Shown: piece after piece, positions 35,739-48,057 of the stretch
How the letters are laid out: every line of letters begins with the position of its first letter
Position numbering within the stretch: the first letter of the stretch is position 1
NCBI RefSeq assembly: GCF_032191835.1
Contig: NC_083228.1
Span: 88,598,001-88,662,000 of the forward strand
From: Heteronotia binoei
Lineage: Eukaryota
DNA length: 64,000 nt
Direction: 5' to 3'
Made by a program: the position numbers and the translations under genes
Notes under the pieces: model-generated
The model's database searches: none
The model's input: only the letters and a program-made list of their open reading frames with translations
Told to the model about the DNA's origin: nothing

Positions 35739-37550
35739 CTGCAGCAAAAAAAACCAAATCGATTTGTGGGACAGGCTTCTATAGTCACTGCAAACAGTAT
35801 TGGGCAGAGTGGATAAAGTGTTTAAACCTTTCAGGTCCTAGGCTCAAATCTACACACTATAAAAGAAAAATTAGGTATCCTTGAGCAAGGCATTGCCCCT
35901 CTGCCCCAATATCTTTAAAATGGGACTATTACACTGCAGTCCTATGCACTGCTACTCCAGTCTATGTTCTTTGTAATCAATTGATTTAAAATGAAGTAGC
36001 CCTGCATACAATTACACTGTTAGTGACCTACCGGGCAGGAATGTCATGAAAATGAGAAAAGTATGGAACTGTAACACATTAATGCAAAGGGCTTGGCCAT
36101 CTGGAATCCCTTTGCTCTCATCTTGAACTGTTTACCACTATTTTTTTCCTGTTTGGTGACTATTTTGCCACAATTTAATTTTTTTAAAGGAAAGAGATTC
36201 TTCTCCATGACTGCACAATCCAGCCAATGAACAATAATATAGCCAATATGGTACCTTCACAACCCCATATAACCAAACCAATGTGGCTCTGTTACTGCAT
36301 CACAGAGCCAAATCAGAAGAAAGCCAGCACTGCCTGCCTCCACTATGAATGACAGAACATTTTCACTCTGTTTCTTATGCTTCCCCTCTTGCAGTTATAG
36401 CAAAAGGGGATTTTCTCCATAAAACATGCCTCACCACATTTTTATCACATCCCTAGTAGCCACTGTACAGATGATCTGAGAGCAAGATTACAGAGTTCTA
36501 GCTTTTATATACCAAATCTAGCTGTTCAGCAAACTGAACAAGGAGACATGATCCCTAGATCCCTCCATACAATGAGTCTGTGTGTTTTTAGAATGCTAGA
36601 AAAGGGTTCCTATTTATATACAGAAATAGCATTACAGGAACTTTAAGGAACTCCCCCATGTTCCATTCTGTTTTACTACATGGGCAGAGAAGTAACACTC
36701 TTAGACGGTACACCCTTGGTGAGAAAAGACTGTATATCCGCCTGTTTCCTGTGCTCACTAATTGGCATACACACGGTAGAGCAGCCACCTGTACAAGCTT
36801 CACATACTATATGAAGAAGACCCATACACAGCTGTGTAAGGAAATATCATGGGTTAAATAACTCTTACTCACAAAGAAATCACTTCAGCACACAGGAAAA
36901 CCTGTAATATTGCAATATTTGGGATTTTGTTAGCTTTGCTTGATTAGACTGAGACACCAGTTCCTGAAATCTATCACATTATCCCACCTGGGAGTAGTCT
37001 ATCTGGGCCCAGAGACCTTAATGGAAAATCCATTCCACCTTTTCCTTGCAACTTTGTCTGTGTGCAAAGTATTTCAATGGAGTGGAGCTCCAGTAGTTTC
37101 ACTTTCCTGCATTTGTATGACCAGTTGCAAATAAAGGGTTGATGCTTTGAGCCAGCTTGTCTCTGCTGAATGGACCTGAGAACTGATGCCTAATGTATTC
37201 TCTAACCTGGGAACTCATAGCCAGATGGGGACATTACACTGGAGAGCCATTGCCACTCTATGTAGAACCAGAGGATGGGGGGAGGAGCTTGCAATGCCCA
37301 GCCATTTCATGTTTTCCTAGGCTCAGAGCATTTTATATTTTTAGTTTGTATTTTTTTTGTTTCTGCTGTAATCCTTGTGCTTTTTTAAATTTTTCATTTA
37401 AAAAAATTAATTGCCAAATCCCACTATTCCCCCACTTTTTCATTTTAAACAAAACATTGCAAGAGTTTTAAGCTTGTTTGTATTTTGTTAAAATTAATAT
37501 CTTTAATTGTGTTTGTCTGTATTCTTTATAAAGTTTATATCTCTGCTACC

Positions 37551-37840
37551 TGGCCTCGTGGTGCAGAGTGGTAAAGCTGCAGTACTGCAGCTGGAGCCCT
37601 CTGCTCACGACCTGAGTTCGATCCCAGCAGAAGCTGGTTCAGGTAGCCGACTCCAGGCTTCCATCCTTTCGAGGTTGGTAAAATTAGTACCCAGCTTGCT
37701 GGGGGGAAAGTGTAGATGACTGGGGAAGGCAATGGCAAACCACCCAGTGAAAAGTCTGCCGTGAAAATATTGTGAAAGCAACGTCACCCCAGAGTCGAAA
37801 ACGACTGGTGCTTACACAGGGGACTACCTTTACCTTTTTA
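37551..37840 (+). mobile_element. Sauria SINE (Squam1)
   Basis: tRNA-related head GTGGTGCAGAGTGG...GAGTTCGATCCC and tail ACTACCTTTACCTTT. Confidence 0.88.
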
Positions 37841-38089
37841 CCTGGCATTACATTTTATGACACTCATGGCCCGGCCCCACAAAGTCCCATTTATGTCAGG
37901 TCTGGCCCATGGAACAAATGAGTTCAACACCCCTGATCTAGTGATTCCAGTTAGTGACACTTGGATCAGTCTGTTATATGAAATTAAAATGGTATCATTT
38001 TACTCAAAATGTCATGTTGAATCTATATGTTTTAAATAAAGACCTGTGGAGGTGAAAAACAATATGTTTAAGGTTTCCAAATGACTCAC

Positions 38090-38170
38090 TAGTTTGCAGA
38101 GACTGTGATCAGCTGTAGGCTTGCTTCCCCATGCTACACATAGGAAGATGCTCAATGCTATTAATGCCAT
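38090..38170 (-). CDS. NRROS: NRROS first coding exon (signal peptide)
   Basis: Acceptor CTTTGCAG before 38186, ATG at 38170, MALIALSIFLCVAWGSKPTADHSLCKL, phase-0 donor CTA|GTGAGT; ends in CKL like the human exon. Confidence 0.9.
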
Positions 38171-41089
38171 TTCAATAGCAGAACTCCTGCAAAGAAAGAC
38201 ACAGTAGGGGAGAAATGTGTTCAAAAGTCCTATCCTTTCAGGGGGGCGGAGTTTACAGCTTATTATCTCATAGATAATACTAGAAAACATAAAACCCTAT
38301 AAGTTGTCATTTCAACCATCTAAGCACCAGGTCTTGTACCCACTGCAAATACTACATTAAGCAATGCCATGAATGCAACACATATGCTTTTCACACAAGC
38401 ACTCCACAAGTACACTACACAGATAGTAAAAGTTGTTTATGAAATCACATACCCCTGTCTGAGTATTCACACTCCTGTCAGACTAGCTACTGCATTTTCA
38501 TTAAGTGCAAAATAGGCATGAAATCTTGTCACAGCCTCCCACATCCCATGCAGTTCGGCTCTTACCCTTCCTGGAGTATACTCTGCTTTGCAAGTCTGCC
38601 TTTAGGGTTGAGCCATCAGATATTGATTTTGTGATCAATTTTTTTTTTTTACAAAATGTTGAAGAACTGGGATAGGGAAAGTGCTTTGCAGTATTCCATA
38701 ACTTTTAAAAAAATTGCACAATGATGTTTAAAAAACTATCAGATGACGTTAGGAGGTCTTTCAGGCACAAACTAGCAAAGCTGCCTACCCTGAGTTCCTC
38801 TATCCCCCTTGTTTTCTTTGCACTCACAGGGTCAGTTCTATAAATTTCATCCATTATTTGCCTTCTGTCCTCACCTGGCTCTTGAACACTATTCTAAGAA
38901 GTGGCTGGTGAATTCATTGCATCCTTCAGTGCAAGAATGGACAACTGCTGATGTTAACAAGAATTAGCCCTGTGTTGTCTTTCACCTGAGCATAATTCAG
39001 AGCCAACTTTCTATTTTACAGTATCCTATGTCATGTACTCCAAGAATCATGCAGCATGGAACCAATACATATTCTCGGTGAATTCAAATATGCACAAAAC
39101 TAAGGTTGTCTTTTGCAGTTTACATGTTCAGATTGAAAGTGTGGCAGTTCCCATCAGTTAGCATCAGCCAATCCTCAGTGCAAAGAATGGGGACAAATTC
39201 TGGGACTTGTACTCACTGTTTGGAGCAACGTGTTCAGCTCTTGGAGGCTCATTCTGTACCACCAGTTGTCCTCCAATCTCGCTGTTTATCTGTCACCCTC
39301 ACACACAAACACAAAATTAGCTGTTTGTGCTCACTTAGCACCAGATTAATTTAGAACTTGCGGAAGGAACTAACTAACGGAAACTGCAGTCACATGGATC
39401 AGAGTGAGTTGCAAGCTGTTTCACCCCTTGAGCTCAGCAGTTAAACACACATACACACACAAAGGTTGTGCATATGCAAGTCACTTGAAAATGAGAAGGA
39501 GCTGAGAAGAAAGGAAATGGGAGGAAGGAAATCATGCAGTGCAAATCTTTGAAGCCGGTAGTTGATGTTACTGACTGCAGCCTTGCAGTCCCATTAATAT
39601 TCTTTATCATCTACTTTGGAATACAGCTTTGAAAACCCTGAATAAGGACAACGTCTCATTGGGGTTACAAGACCCAAGGCACAGCAGAAACCAAAGCCAA
39701 TATTATATGCCTCTAATGAGCCACCAACCCATATATAATCCATGCTATAACTTGAATAGGCCGAGGGTTGCTAGGTCTGTGTTGGAAAATTTGGGAGTGA
39801 ATCTGAGAGAGGGTGTGGCTTGAGGAAGGGAGGGGCCTCAGCATGGTGCAATGCCATAGAGTCCATCCTTCAAAGCAGCCATTTTCTCCAGGGGAGCTGA
39901 TCTCTTATTTATTTATTTAGGCAATTTATATTCCACCCTTTCCCAAAAATGGACCCAGGGCAGATAACAACATTCTAAAAACAATATAAACAACAGTTAA
40001 CCAATCAATATGAACAACACAATCTGACAGATAATAATAAGTTAAAATGGTGGCTCAGTTGGGCATATATTATATATACTGAGGGTATATATAATGCCAG
40101 CTGGAGATCAGTTATGAAAGCGGGAAATCTCCAGGCCCCACATGGAGGCTACGCAATCCAAGAGTACCACAGAATGAAGTAGAAACACTAAAATACTGTG
40201 GAATATTAATGAAATGCAATAACCATACAAAAATTATATAATACTGAAAAAAAATTAAATTCATCAATTATAATACCAAGTGAAGGAATACAATAAGAAT
40301 ATAACAAACTCTTAAGCAATTCATTAATTCCAATAAACGTCACAGTCCAGGCTTCTCAGCTTCAAAAATTATTGTGCTGATCCACCTGCTCTTGCAGGGG
40401 GATTTAAAGTGCTAGTGCTTGAAATTGACTCCATTGTGCAATGATAGTTTAAAGTTCATAAACATATTTAGTCATTCTTCAAAGACATGGTTTAAAACTT
40501 CCCGTCTTCTAAAGCATCTAATTACATGAAAGTGGGAAACATCCACAGCCTCTAATGGGAACACTTCAGCCTGCGCTACCATTTCTCGTCTGCCCTTTCA
40601 CAAAGAGGCATTTTCCCACATCGCCATTCAACGGATCATTTACAAAAGCACTAGACACGGCGAAAAACTCTCCAGGCAACCTTTAATAGGATATTATTTT
40701 GCACGCATCTGCTAAACCAAGACATTATCCCTCATATATAGATAGAAGAATTTTAAAAGATCCTGTCCAATATTATGCGAATTGTATCCACATTCTTTAG
40801 TCAGGTATACAATCAAGAATGATACTAGTGTACCCTGAAGTCTTCTTTTTCCAGCAAAAATATGTGCATGATGGATATAAGAGGGAGTTTTAAATAAAAG
40901 AACCCATGTTTTGGCCTGGCTTTTAAAAAAAAGCAAAGCAGTAGGTGAGCCTCAAACAAAAGGCACTGCCTAATTGCAATCTAAGAATGAATAAAACATC
41001 AGCTGGTTCATGTACCTCCCTTTTTCCTAAGTCTGAACTGTATATTAGGCCTTGTTTGAATAGGGCCTACTTTTAGGAGGGTGGGGCAA

Positions 41090-41277
41090 GTCACAAGCAA
41101 CTTATGGTGACTTTAGGATTTTCAAGGCAAAGGATGTTCAGAGGTGTTTTGCCATTGCCTGCCTCTGCAGAGCAACCCTTGACTTCCCATCCAAGTACTA
41201 TACTAACCAAGGCTGCCCCTGCTTAGCTTGCGAGAGGTAATGAGATCGTGCTAGCCTGGGCTGTCCAGGGTAGGGCA
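41090..41277 (-). mobile_element. 5S rRNA-derived SINE
   Basis: CCCATCCAAGTACTA...CCCTGCTTAGCTT is the reverse complement of the 5S-like head. Confidence 0.7.
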
Positions 41278-41610
41278 GGGCTGAATCAAAGAACCCTAAT
41301 TCTCTAAATCCATAGCAGCAGCAGCTTGTTCCTTAACAGTTCTCTGACCAGCTTTCACCCAAGCAAGGCCTGTTGGGGTTGATGGGGAAGAATGGGTGGG
41401 GGGAGGGACAATTTTAATATATGATACATCCTTCTCATACAATTAAAAAAAATCTCACTCTCTATTCTAAATCAATGGCAATCTATTGACGTAAGCAAGG
41501 CAAAAGAGTACTTTCCACCTGCTTACAAGTCATCCCCCTTCCCACAAGTTAGTTCACTTTAGGAAGTGAAATTAGCAGAAGTGAAAATGCTATAGCGAAT
41601 CCTCCCACAG

Positions 41611-42113
41611 TAGAGTTGACAATCCCCAGTTGGGGGCAGGAGATCCCCCAGTTTGGAGGCCCTCCCCTCACTTCAGAGTCTTCAGAAAGTGGGGGGAGGG
41701 AGTGAAATGTCTGCTGGGCACTCATTTCCCTATGGAGACTGATTTCCATAGGGTACAATGGAGAATTGATCTGCAGGTATCTGGGGCTCCAGGGGGACTA
41801 TTTTTTGAGGTAAAGGTACTACATTTGCAGCATAGCATCCAGTACCTCTCCTCAAAACACCCTCCAAGTTTCAAAAAGATTGAACTGGGGGAGTCCAATT
41901 CTATGAGCCCCAAAAGAAGGTGTCCCTATCCATTATTTCCCATGAAGGGAAAGCATTTAAAAGGTGTGCGGTCCCTTTACATGTGATGGCCAGAACTCTC
42001 TTTGGAGTTCAATTGTGCTTGTCACAACCTTGGTCCTGGCTCCACCCCCAAAGTTTCCCAGCTCCACCCCCAAATTCCCCCAGATATTTATTGAATTGGA
42101 CCTGGCAACCCTA
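41611..42113. mobile_element. hAT (Blackjack-like) MITE with perfect 8-bp TSD
   Basis: Termini TAGAGTTGACA / TGGCAACCCTA; TSD TCCCACAG at 41603-41610 and 42114-42121; opposite-orientation relative at 46459-46941. Confidence 0.88.
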
Positions 42114-42224
42114 TCCCACAGACCCATGTACACTTCAAAGAACCCTGATCTCTTGACATGATGGCCAGCCACATATTTTATGGTGCAAATACACTAGTGG
42201 GAAATTAACTAAAAGAATATAATA

Positions 42225-42330
42225 ATAGAATTATATAGTTGGAAGACAGCCATACAGGCCATCTAGTCCAGCCCCTTGCTTGATGCAGGATCAGCCTAGC
42301 ATCCCTGACCAGTGTTTGTCCAGCTGCTGT
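42225..42330 (-). mobile_element. CR1 3' terminal fragment
   Basis: GGCCATCTAGTCCAGCCCC...GCAGG is the reverse complement of a CR1-type 3' end like that at 8040-8105. Confidence 0.6.
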
Positions 42331-42887
42331 AACATGAACTAAAACTGTTCTTTTCATTGGGTCCTTTGCCAGTCAGCTAAGGTGTAATCAGGGGTTCCAC
42401 AAGCTTACCTGGAACACTGATTCAACCCAAAATTTTTGGGAAAACAAGCTAATTCATGATAATATCTTGCAGATATGAATAAGAACCTGATTGTACAGTT
42501 TCTATAAGTGAAGACTGCTCCCCACCCCCATACGCAGAACATCAACCTTCCTTGCTCATTCCAGATTCTCCCTGTTTATCATAGATTTTTCAAGATCACT
42601 ATAATTATATTTATCCTAGAAAATAAACTTCTTCTAGCAACTATGCCTATGAGCATGACAGGATACTTAAAGGCAGGAAAGAGTACGTTAAAGAAGGTAT
42701 TCCTTACAGCTCATTATAAGCAGTGAATGCTTCTGAATGTAAAATAATTGTACTTACTTTATTTACGTGTTTCTAGACATGTTCCAGCCTGCTGATTTTT
42801 TGTTCATTTCCTTGAAGTCCCACATTTATTTCTTTGAAGTTCCACACATGTGAACTGGTTCCCAGTCAACTGGTTTGCTCCCTCAAC

Positions 42888-43092
42888 CAGGGTTCTAAAT
42901 TGGAAAATTGTAGAAAAAGCCCAGCATGAACTCATTTGCATACTAGGCCACACCCCCTGATGTCACCATTGTTTCAAACAGCTTTTTTGTAGAAAAAGCC
43001 CATCGACAATTCATTTGCATATTAGGCCACACTCCTTATGCCAAGCCAGCCAGGACTGTGTTCCTGTGTGTTCCTGCTCAAAAAAAGCCCTG
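42888..43092. mobile_element. Short hAT-like element with two ATTTGCAT-containing subrepeats
   Basis: Ends GTTCCTGCTCAAAAAAAGCCCTG; internal duplicate CATTTGCATA(C/T)TAGGCCACAC; no clear TSD. Confidence 0.5.
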
Positions 43093-43689
43093 GAATTAAG
43101 CAACAGTTTAGAGTTCAAATACTGAAATAAACTCATTTGATCAAGCATCCAAGTTCAGATGTTGGAATTTGATTCAAGGGTGATGGAGAGAACTGTAGTG
43201 GGCTGCGGCAAGAAAACTGTGAGGAGAACTATAGTGTGGGTGCTCTTTTGCTGCCTCAAATGCCTCTGCATTCACAGCAATAATATAAGGAATACAGAAA
43301 ATCATAACTGTGTGGATGCAGTCTAGGAGCCTGTAAGAATCAGCTTCACCAAAGAAACTGCTTTCAAAAATTAGCAATTTTTGACCAAATATATTTGTCT
43401 GCTTACCCAAACCAAGAATGGGTTAAAATACTATGGAGACAAACAAACTGAAGCCAAAATGTTAAGTACATTTTGTCTGGTCCTTGCCCAATAAGCAAAG
43501 ATGGGGGGGAAGTATTTGTTCCTTTCACACAGTATTAAAAATCTGTTTCCAGATAGCTGCTTTGACAACTTCCAAGATTACACTTCTGTGCCCAATTAAT
43601 AGTGTGAACAGGTGTTACAGAAGCCCTGTTTGTATTACAGTGAACACTTGTACATTTTGCATGTATTGTTTGCTTGTTTTATTCTATAT

Positions 43690-44860
43690 TTAACCCAACC
43701 TTCCTGTAGAACAGGCTCAGAGTGGGTTATATCATAAAAACAATCAACAGTAAAAAAAAAATTGAAAGACCAATTTAAAATATATAAAATCTAAAACTAC
43801 AGAGTGACAATAGAGACTAAAATGGCAGGTTCTGCCTCACAAACATGGCCTATTATCCAGGTCCAGCAGATCTTATAGCATTGGGATGGAATGAAGGAGG
43901 GAGGCCGGTAACAAGTGACGTCCACTGCCTCAGCTGAAAGCCTGGCGAAAGAGCTGTTTTACATGCCCTGTGGAATTGGAGCAGATCCCGCAGGGCCCAG
44001 ATTTCCAGGGGGAGCTCATTCCACCAGGCAGGGGCCAGGATTGAAAAGGCCAAAAGTTGTTGGGTCTCTGATCGTAAAGATCTATGGGGCTCATACAAGG
44101 AGAGGTGGTCCCAAACGTGTGCTGGCCCCTGGCCGTATAGGGCTTCAAAGGTAAGTACCAACACCTTGAACCATATCTGGTACTCAATAGGTAGCCAGTG
44201 CAGTTCATGCAGCACAGGATAGATCCATGCCCTTACAGGTGACGATGTCAACATCCATGCAGCAGCATTCTGCAGCAGCTGGAGTTTCCAGAGGAGGGTC
44301 AAGGGCAAACCCACGTAGAGAGAGTTACAATAATCTAGCCTGGAAGTGACCATCACATGGGTCACTGTGGACAGGTAATGGGGAGCGAGATATGGGACCA
44401 ACGGCCTGACCCACCTCAGATGGAAATAGGCCGATCTGGCAGTGGTGGTAACCTGGGCCTCCATAGTCAGAGAGGAATGAGGAATACCTCCCAAGCTCTT
44501 CACCCTCAACGTGGGCATCAGTGGAGCCCCATCAAAGGATGGAAGCTTGATCTGTGATCCCAGCCCCCTGTAACCTAGGCACAGGACCTCCATCTTCGAT
44601 TAATTCAATTTCAGCCGGCTCTGTTGCAACCAACCAGACATGGCTTGCAATGCCCTATCCAGTTCCTCTGGAGCCGAATCTGGGCAGCCATCCATCAGCA
44701 GATAGAGCTGGGTGTCATCTGCATATTGATGACACCCCAGCCCATGCCTCCAGATAATCTGGGCAAGGGGTGCATGTAGATATTGAATAACATTGGGGAA
44801 AGAATTTCTCCCTGCAGCACACCACATTGTAATGGGTGCGCTGGGATAGTTCACCCTTGT
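43690..44860 (-). mobile_element. Degenerate L2 LINE (RT region plus 3' end)
   Basis: HQYADDTQLY...SRLKLN, SRLDYCNSLYVGLP...LQLLQNAAA and HWLP motifs typical of L2 ORF2, with frameshifts. Confidence 0.88.
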
Positions 44861-45106
44861 TAAGCTGAATATGCATTAAATGTAACATTACTTGTATACT
44901 TTATAAAAAATTGAGTGTCCACTGTACACAGATTGAATGTGTGCTCATTCATTATCAGGCACAAAGTTGTAGCCGACCAGCTATACATCTGCTTGCCAAA
45001 TTAGAGAGGGAGCCATATTCATAGCTACATATTCAACTATTTTCTTGAATCTCAAATCCCTGATTTTTTTAAGACCCCCTTTGCTCAATATTGATTTTTG
45101 ATTTGC

Positions 45107-45208
45107 AAAGAGAATTAATGCTTATTCTGTTTTGTCTTTCCCTAGAGTAAAATTAATTTCTTGTTTCTAGAAGAAAAGAACTGGCAGATTGCCATTCCAA
45201 AAAAAACC
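45107..45208 (+). repeat. Left copy of ~100-bp direct repeat flanking a LINE
   Basis: AAAGAGAAT...GCTTATTC.GTTTTG...GAGTAAAA...GCAGATTGC.ATTCCAAAAAAAACC recurs at 47959-48057. Confidence 0.85.
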
Positions 45209-45736
45209 TCGCAGCCTCCAGCAATAATCACAAAGGTTAAAAAACTAATAATGCTTCTGAAGCCAGGGAAGGTTCCCAGCAGCTATATGACCTCCCTGGA
45301 ATTTATCAAAACCAATATCGACTGGTGGGCATCAATGCTGGCTGTGCTTTCCACACATATTGTCTACTCAGCCCAGATCCCTCGGGACTGGGGCTTGGCG
45401 ATCATTGTCCCATTATTTAAGAAGGGGGGAAGGACAAATCCTTCAAATTACCACCCAATTAGCCTTCTTAGTGTGAACAGCAAGCAGGACTGGGTGGACC
45501 AAGAAAATGTATTGATGGAGGAGCTGGCAAGTTCTAGAGCTGGTCAGTGTACCATAGACCAGTGTTCGATACCGTATCTTTTAGCAGAGAAATACAGCTC
45601 TAGGCCATGAGGGGTGCTGTATGATGATTTTGTTGATTTCAAAGCTGCCTTAGACAGTACCTCAGACACAAGTTATGGGCTAAGCCTGAGAATTCTGCAA
45701 CTGATAAAAAGACTATAATACTTATTTACATTCTAG

Positions 45737-46033
45737 AAAGGTAAAGGGAGTCCCCTATGCAAGCACCAGTCGTTTTTGACTCTGGGGTGATGTTGCTTTC
45801 ACAACATTTTCACGGCAAACTTTTTACGGAGTGGTTTGCCATTGCCTTCCCTGGTCATCTACACTTTCCCGCCAACAAGCTGGGTGCTCATTTTACCGAT
45901 CTCAGAAGGATGGAAGGCTGAGTCGATCTGGAGCCAGCTACCTGAACCAACTTCTGCTGGGATCGAACTCAGGTCATGAGCAGAGGGCTCTGACTACAGT
46001 ACTGCAGCTTTACCACTCTGGGCCACGGGGCTC
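45737..46033 (-). mobile_element. Sauria SINE with 14-bp TSD
   Basis: TSD TTATTTACATTCTA at 45722-45735 and 46035-46048. Confidence 0.9.
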
Positions 46034-46458
46034 TTTATTTACATTCTACATGAAAGTAATTTCCTTAGTGTAAGATGCAGCCTCAAGGTCACCTGTCTGG
46101 TAAGTCACACTGGTGAAAGGAGTAAAACAGGGATGTATTTGCCGGGCACCTCTACTTTTCAACTTCTATATTAACTACATGGTGCAGACTTTATCAAACC
46201 CAACTTTCCATCCTCCTAAACTAGCAAACAGAGCAACCTCTACCTTACTATACATGGATCATACAGTAATTCTATCTCATTCACAAAGTAAGCCTTAGGA
46301 GAGCACTTCAGGCCTTTACTGTATATAGCCAAGAGAACAACTTGCAATAAATTACCAAAAAACTAAAATCCTCACCTTTACCAAAAGGCATGAGAAATAT
46401 AGATGGCAGATTGAGGGACATGATATTGAACAGGTTAAATCCTTTAAATATTTAGGCC

Positions 46459-46941
46459 TAGGGTTGTCAAGTCCAATTTAAGAAATATCTGGGGACTTTG
46501 GGATGTGGAGCCAGGAGACACTGATTGTGACAAGCACAATTGAACTCCAAAGGGAGTTCTGGCCATCACATTTAAAGGGACCTCTTACCTTTTAAATGCC
46601 TTCCCTCCTTTAGAGATAATGAAGATTAGAGGCACATTCTTTTGGGGCTCGCAGAATTGGACCCTCTGGTTCAACCCTTTTGAAACTTGGAGGGTTTTTT
46701 TGAGAAGAACTGGATGCTATGCTGCAAATTTGGTGCCTTTACCTCAAAACACATTCCCCTCCCCCCAGATACCTGCAGATCAATTCTCCATTATATCCTA
46801 TGAGAATCGGTCTCCATAGGGAATAATGAGTGCCCAGCAGACTTTTCACTCCCCCCCCCCAGCTTTCTGATGACCCTGAAGCGGAGGGAGGGCCTCCAAA
46901 CCAGGGGATCCCCTGCCCCCACCTGGGGATTGGCAGCCCTA
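46459..46941. mobile_element. hAT (Blackjack-like) MITE with perfect 8-bp TSD
   Basis: Termini TAGGGTTGTCA / TGGCAGCCCTA; TSD TTTAGGCC at 46451-46458 and 46942-46949. Confidence 0.9.
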
Positions 46942-47958
46942 TTTAGGCCTAGTCTTCCAGCCAACAGGGTTGTGGAGAGCCCAAGCATTGCATATGGCTG
47001 AGAATGCCCACAGAATGACCTAAGCCATTCTGATAGTCTTCTTTAGAAAAGGGGCTTCCTATATCCCTGCAGCAATCAAGGTTTTCCAGGGGAAGATGAT
47101 TACCCAACTAATTTATGGCTCCCAGCTTTGTCTTTACAAAGATCATCACCCCTTGGAAGCAATGCAATCCAAGTTTTTGTGATCAATATTAAGAATCCCT
47201 TGATGTATACCAAATGCTCTCCTCAGGCTGGAGGCAGTGATGGTTTCACGCAAGGTATGCATGTGGGTTCAAATAACCACTTACTGGTTAAAATTAAACT
47301 GTAACTCTCAGTGACTTACTCATTTTTAGAGATAACCATCGCTCAAATTGGCTGAGAACTGTTGAAGGAAAATTGCAAGACATCTAGGCTGTCAAAAAGC
47401 CAAAGAAATACTTAAGCAATGGATTTGGGACCTGGCCCTTCAATCTGATAGGGCCGGCCTGCAGCAGCATCCTGCAGTGACATACCTTTCCAAAAACCCA
47501 TACTTGCTGGTAAAATTTAACAGTACTAGAAGTCTCTATCAAAGAATATTTCCTCTAACATGTGTAAATGCCCTGCTCTTTCTGGAAAGCAGATACCTCT
47601 GTATTCCTCATGCACAACAGATGTGTGTCTGCCAAATGGGAAAGGTTGAGACTGTGGAGCATGTATTATTGCACTGCTCCCACTATAATGACATTTGCTC
47701 ACAATATATCACTCTCCAGTGTTAGTAAACTCTCCAAGATCAGAGCAATTCTACATCTTCCTACTTCTCTCCAACTTTTCTTTAGAAATAACTTGCAACA
47801 TTGCAAAATTTTGTATGAGGGCATGCAGCATACATAAGCCAATGGTTAAGTCTTAAACAAGGCTGGACTAAAACAACACTTTTAAATTTATTTGCTGATA
47901 CTAATATAGTATGTTGCAAGGTTTTAAACTGATTTTATGTAAAAATAAACTGAACTGT

Positions 47959-48057
47959 AAAGAGAATGCTTATTCAGTTTTGCCCTCCCCTGGAGTAAAA
48001 TATTTTTTTGTTTATTGAAAGAAAAAAACCTAGCAGATTGCTATTCCAAAAAAAACC
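47959..48057 (+). repeat. Right copy of ~100-bp direct repeat flanking a LINE
   Basis: Roughly 80% identical by eye to 45107-45208. Confidence 0.85.

Larger units (their letters stand above)
45209..47958 (+). mobile_element. Old 5'-truncated LINE (RTE-X-like, clade uncertain) with nested Sauria SINE and hAT MITE
   Basis: IPRDWGLAIIVPLFKKG...NYHPISLLS, GVKQGC...APLLFNFYIN and C-terminal CVCQMGKVETVEHVLLHC; ends AATAAACTGAACTG. Confidence 0.75.
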
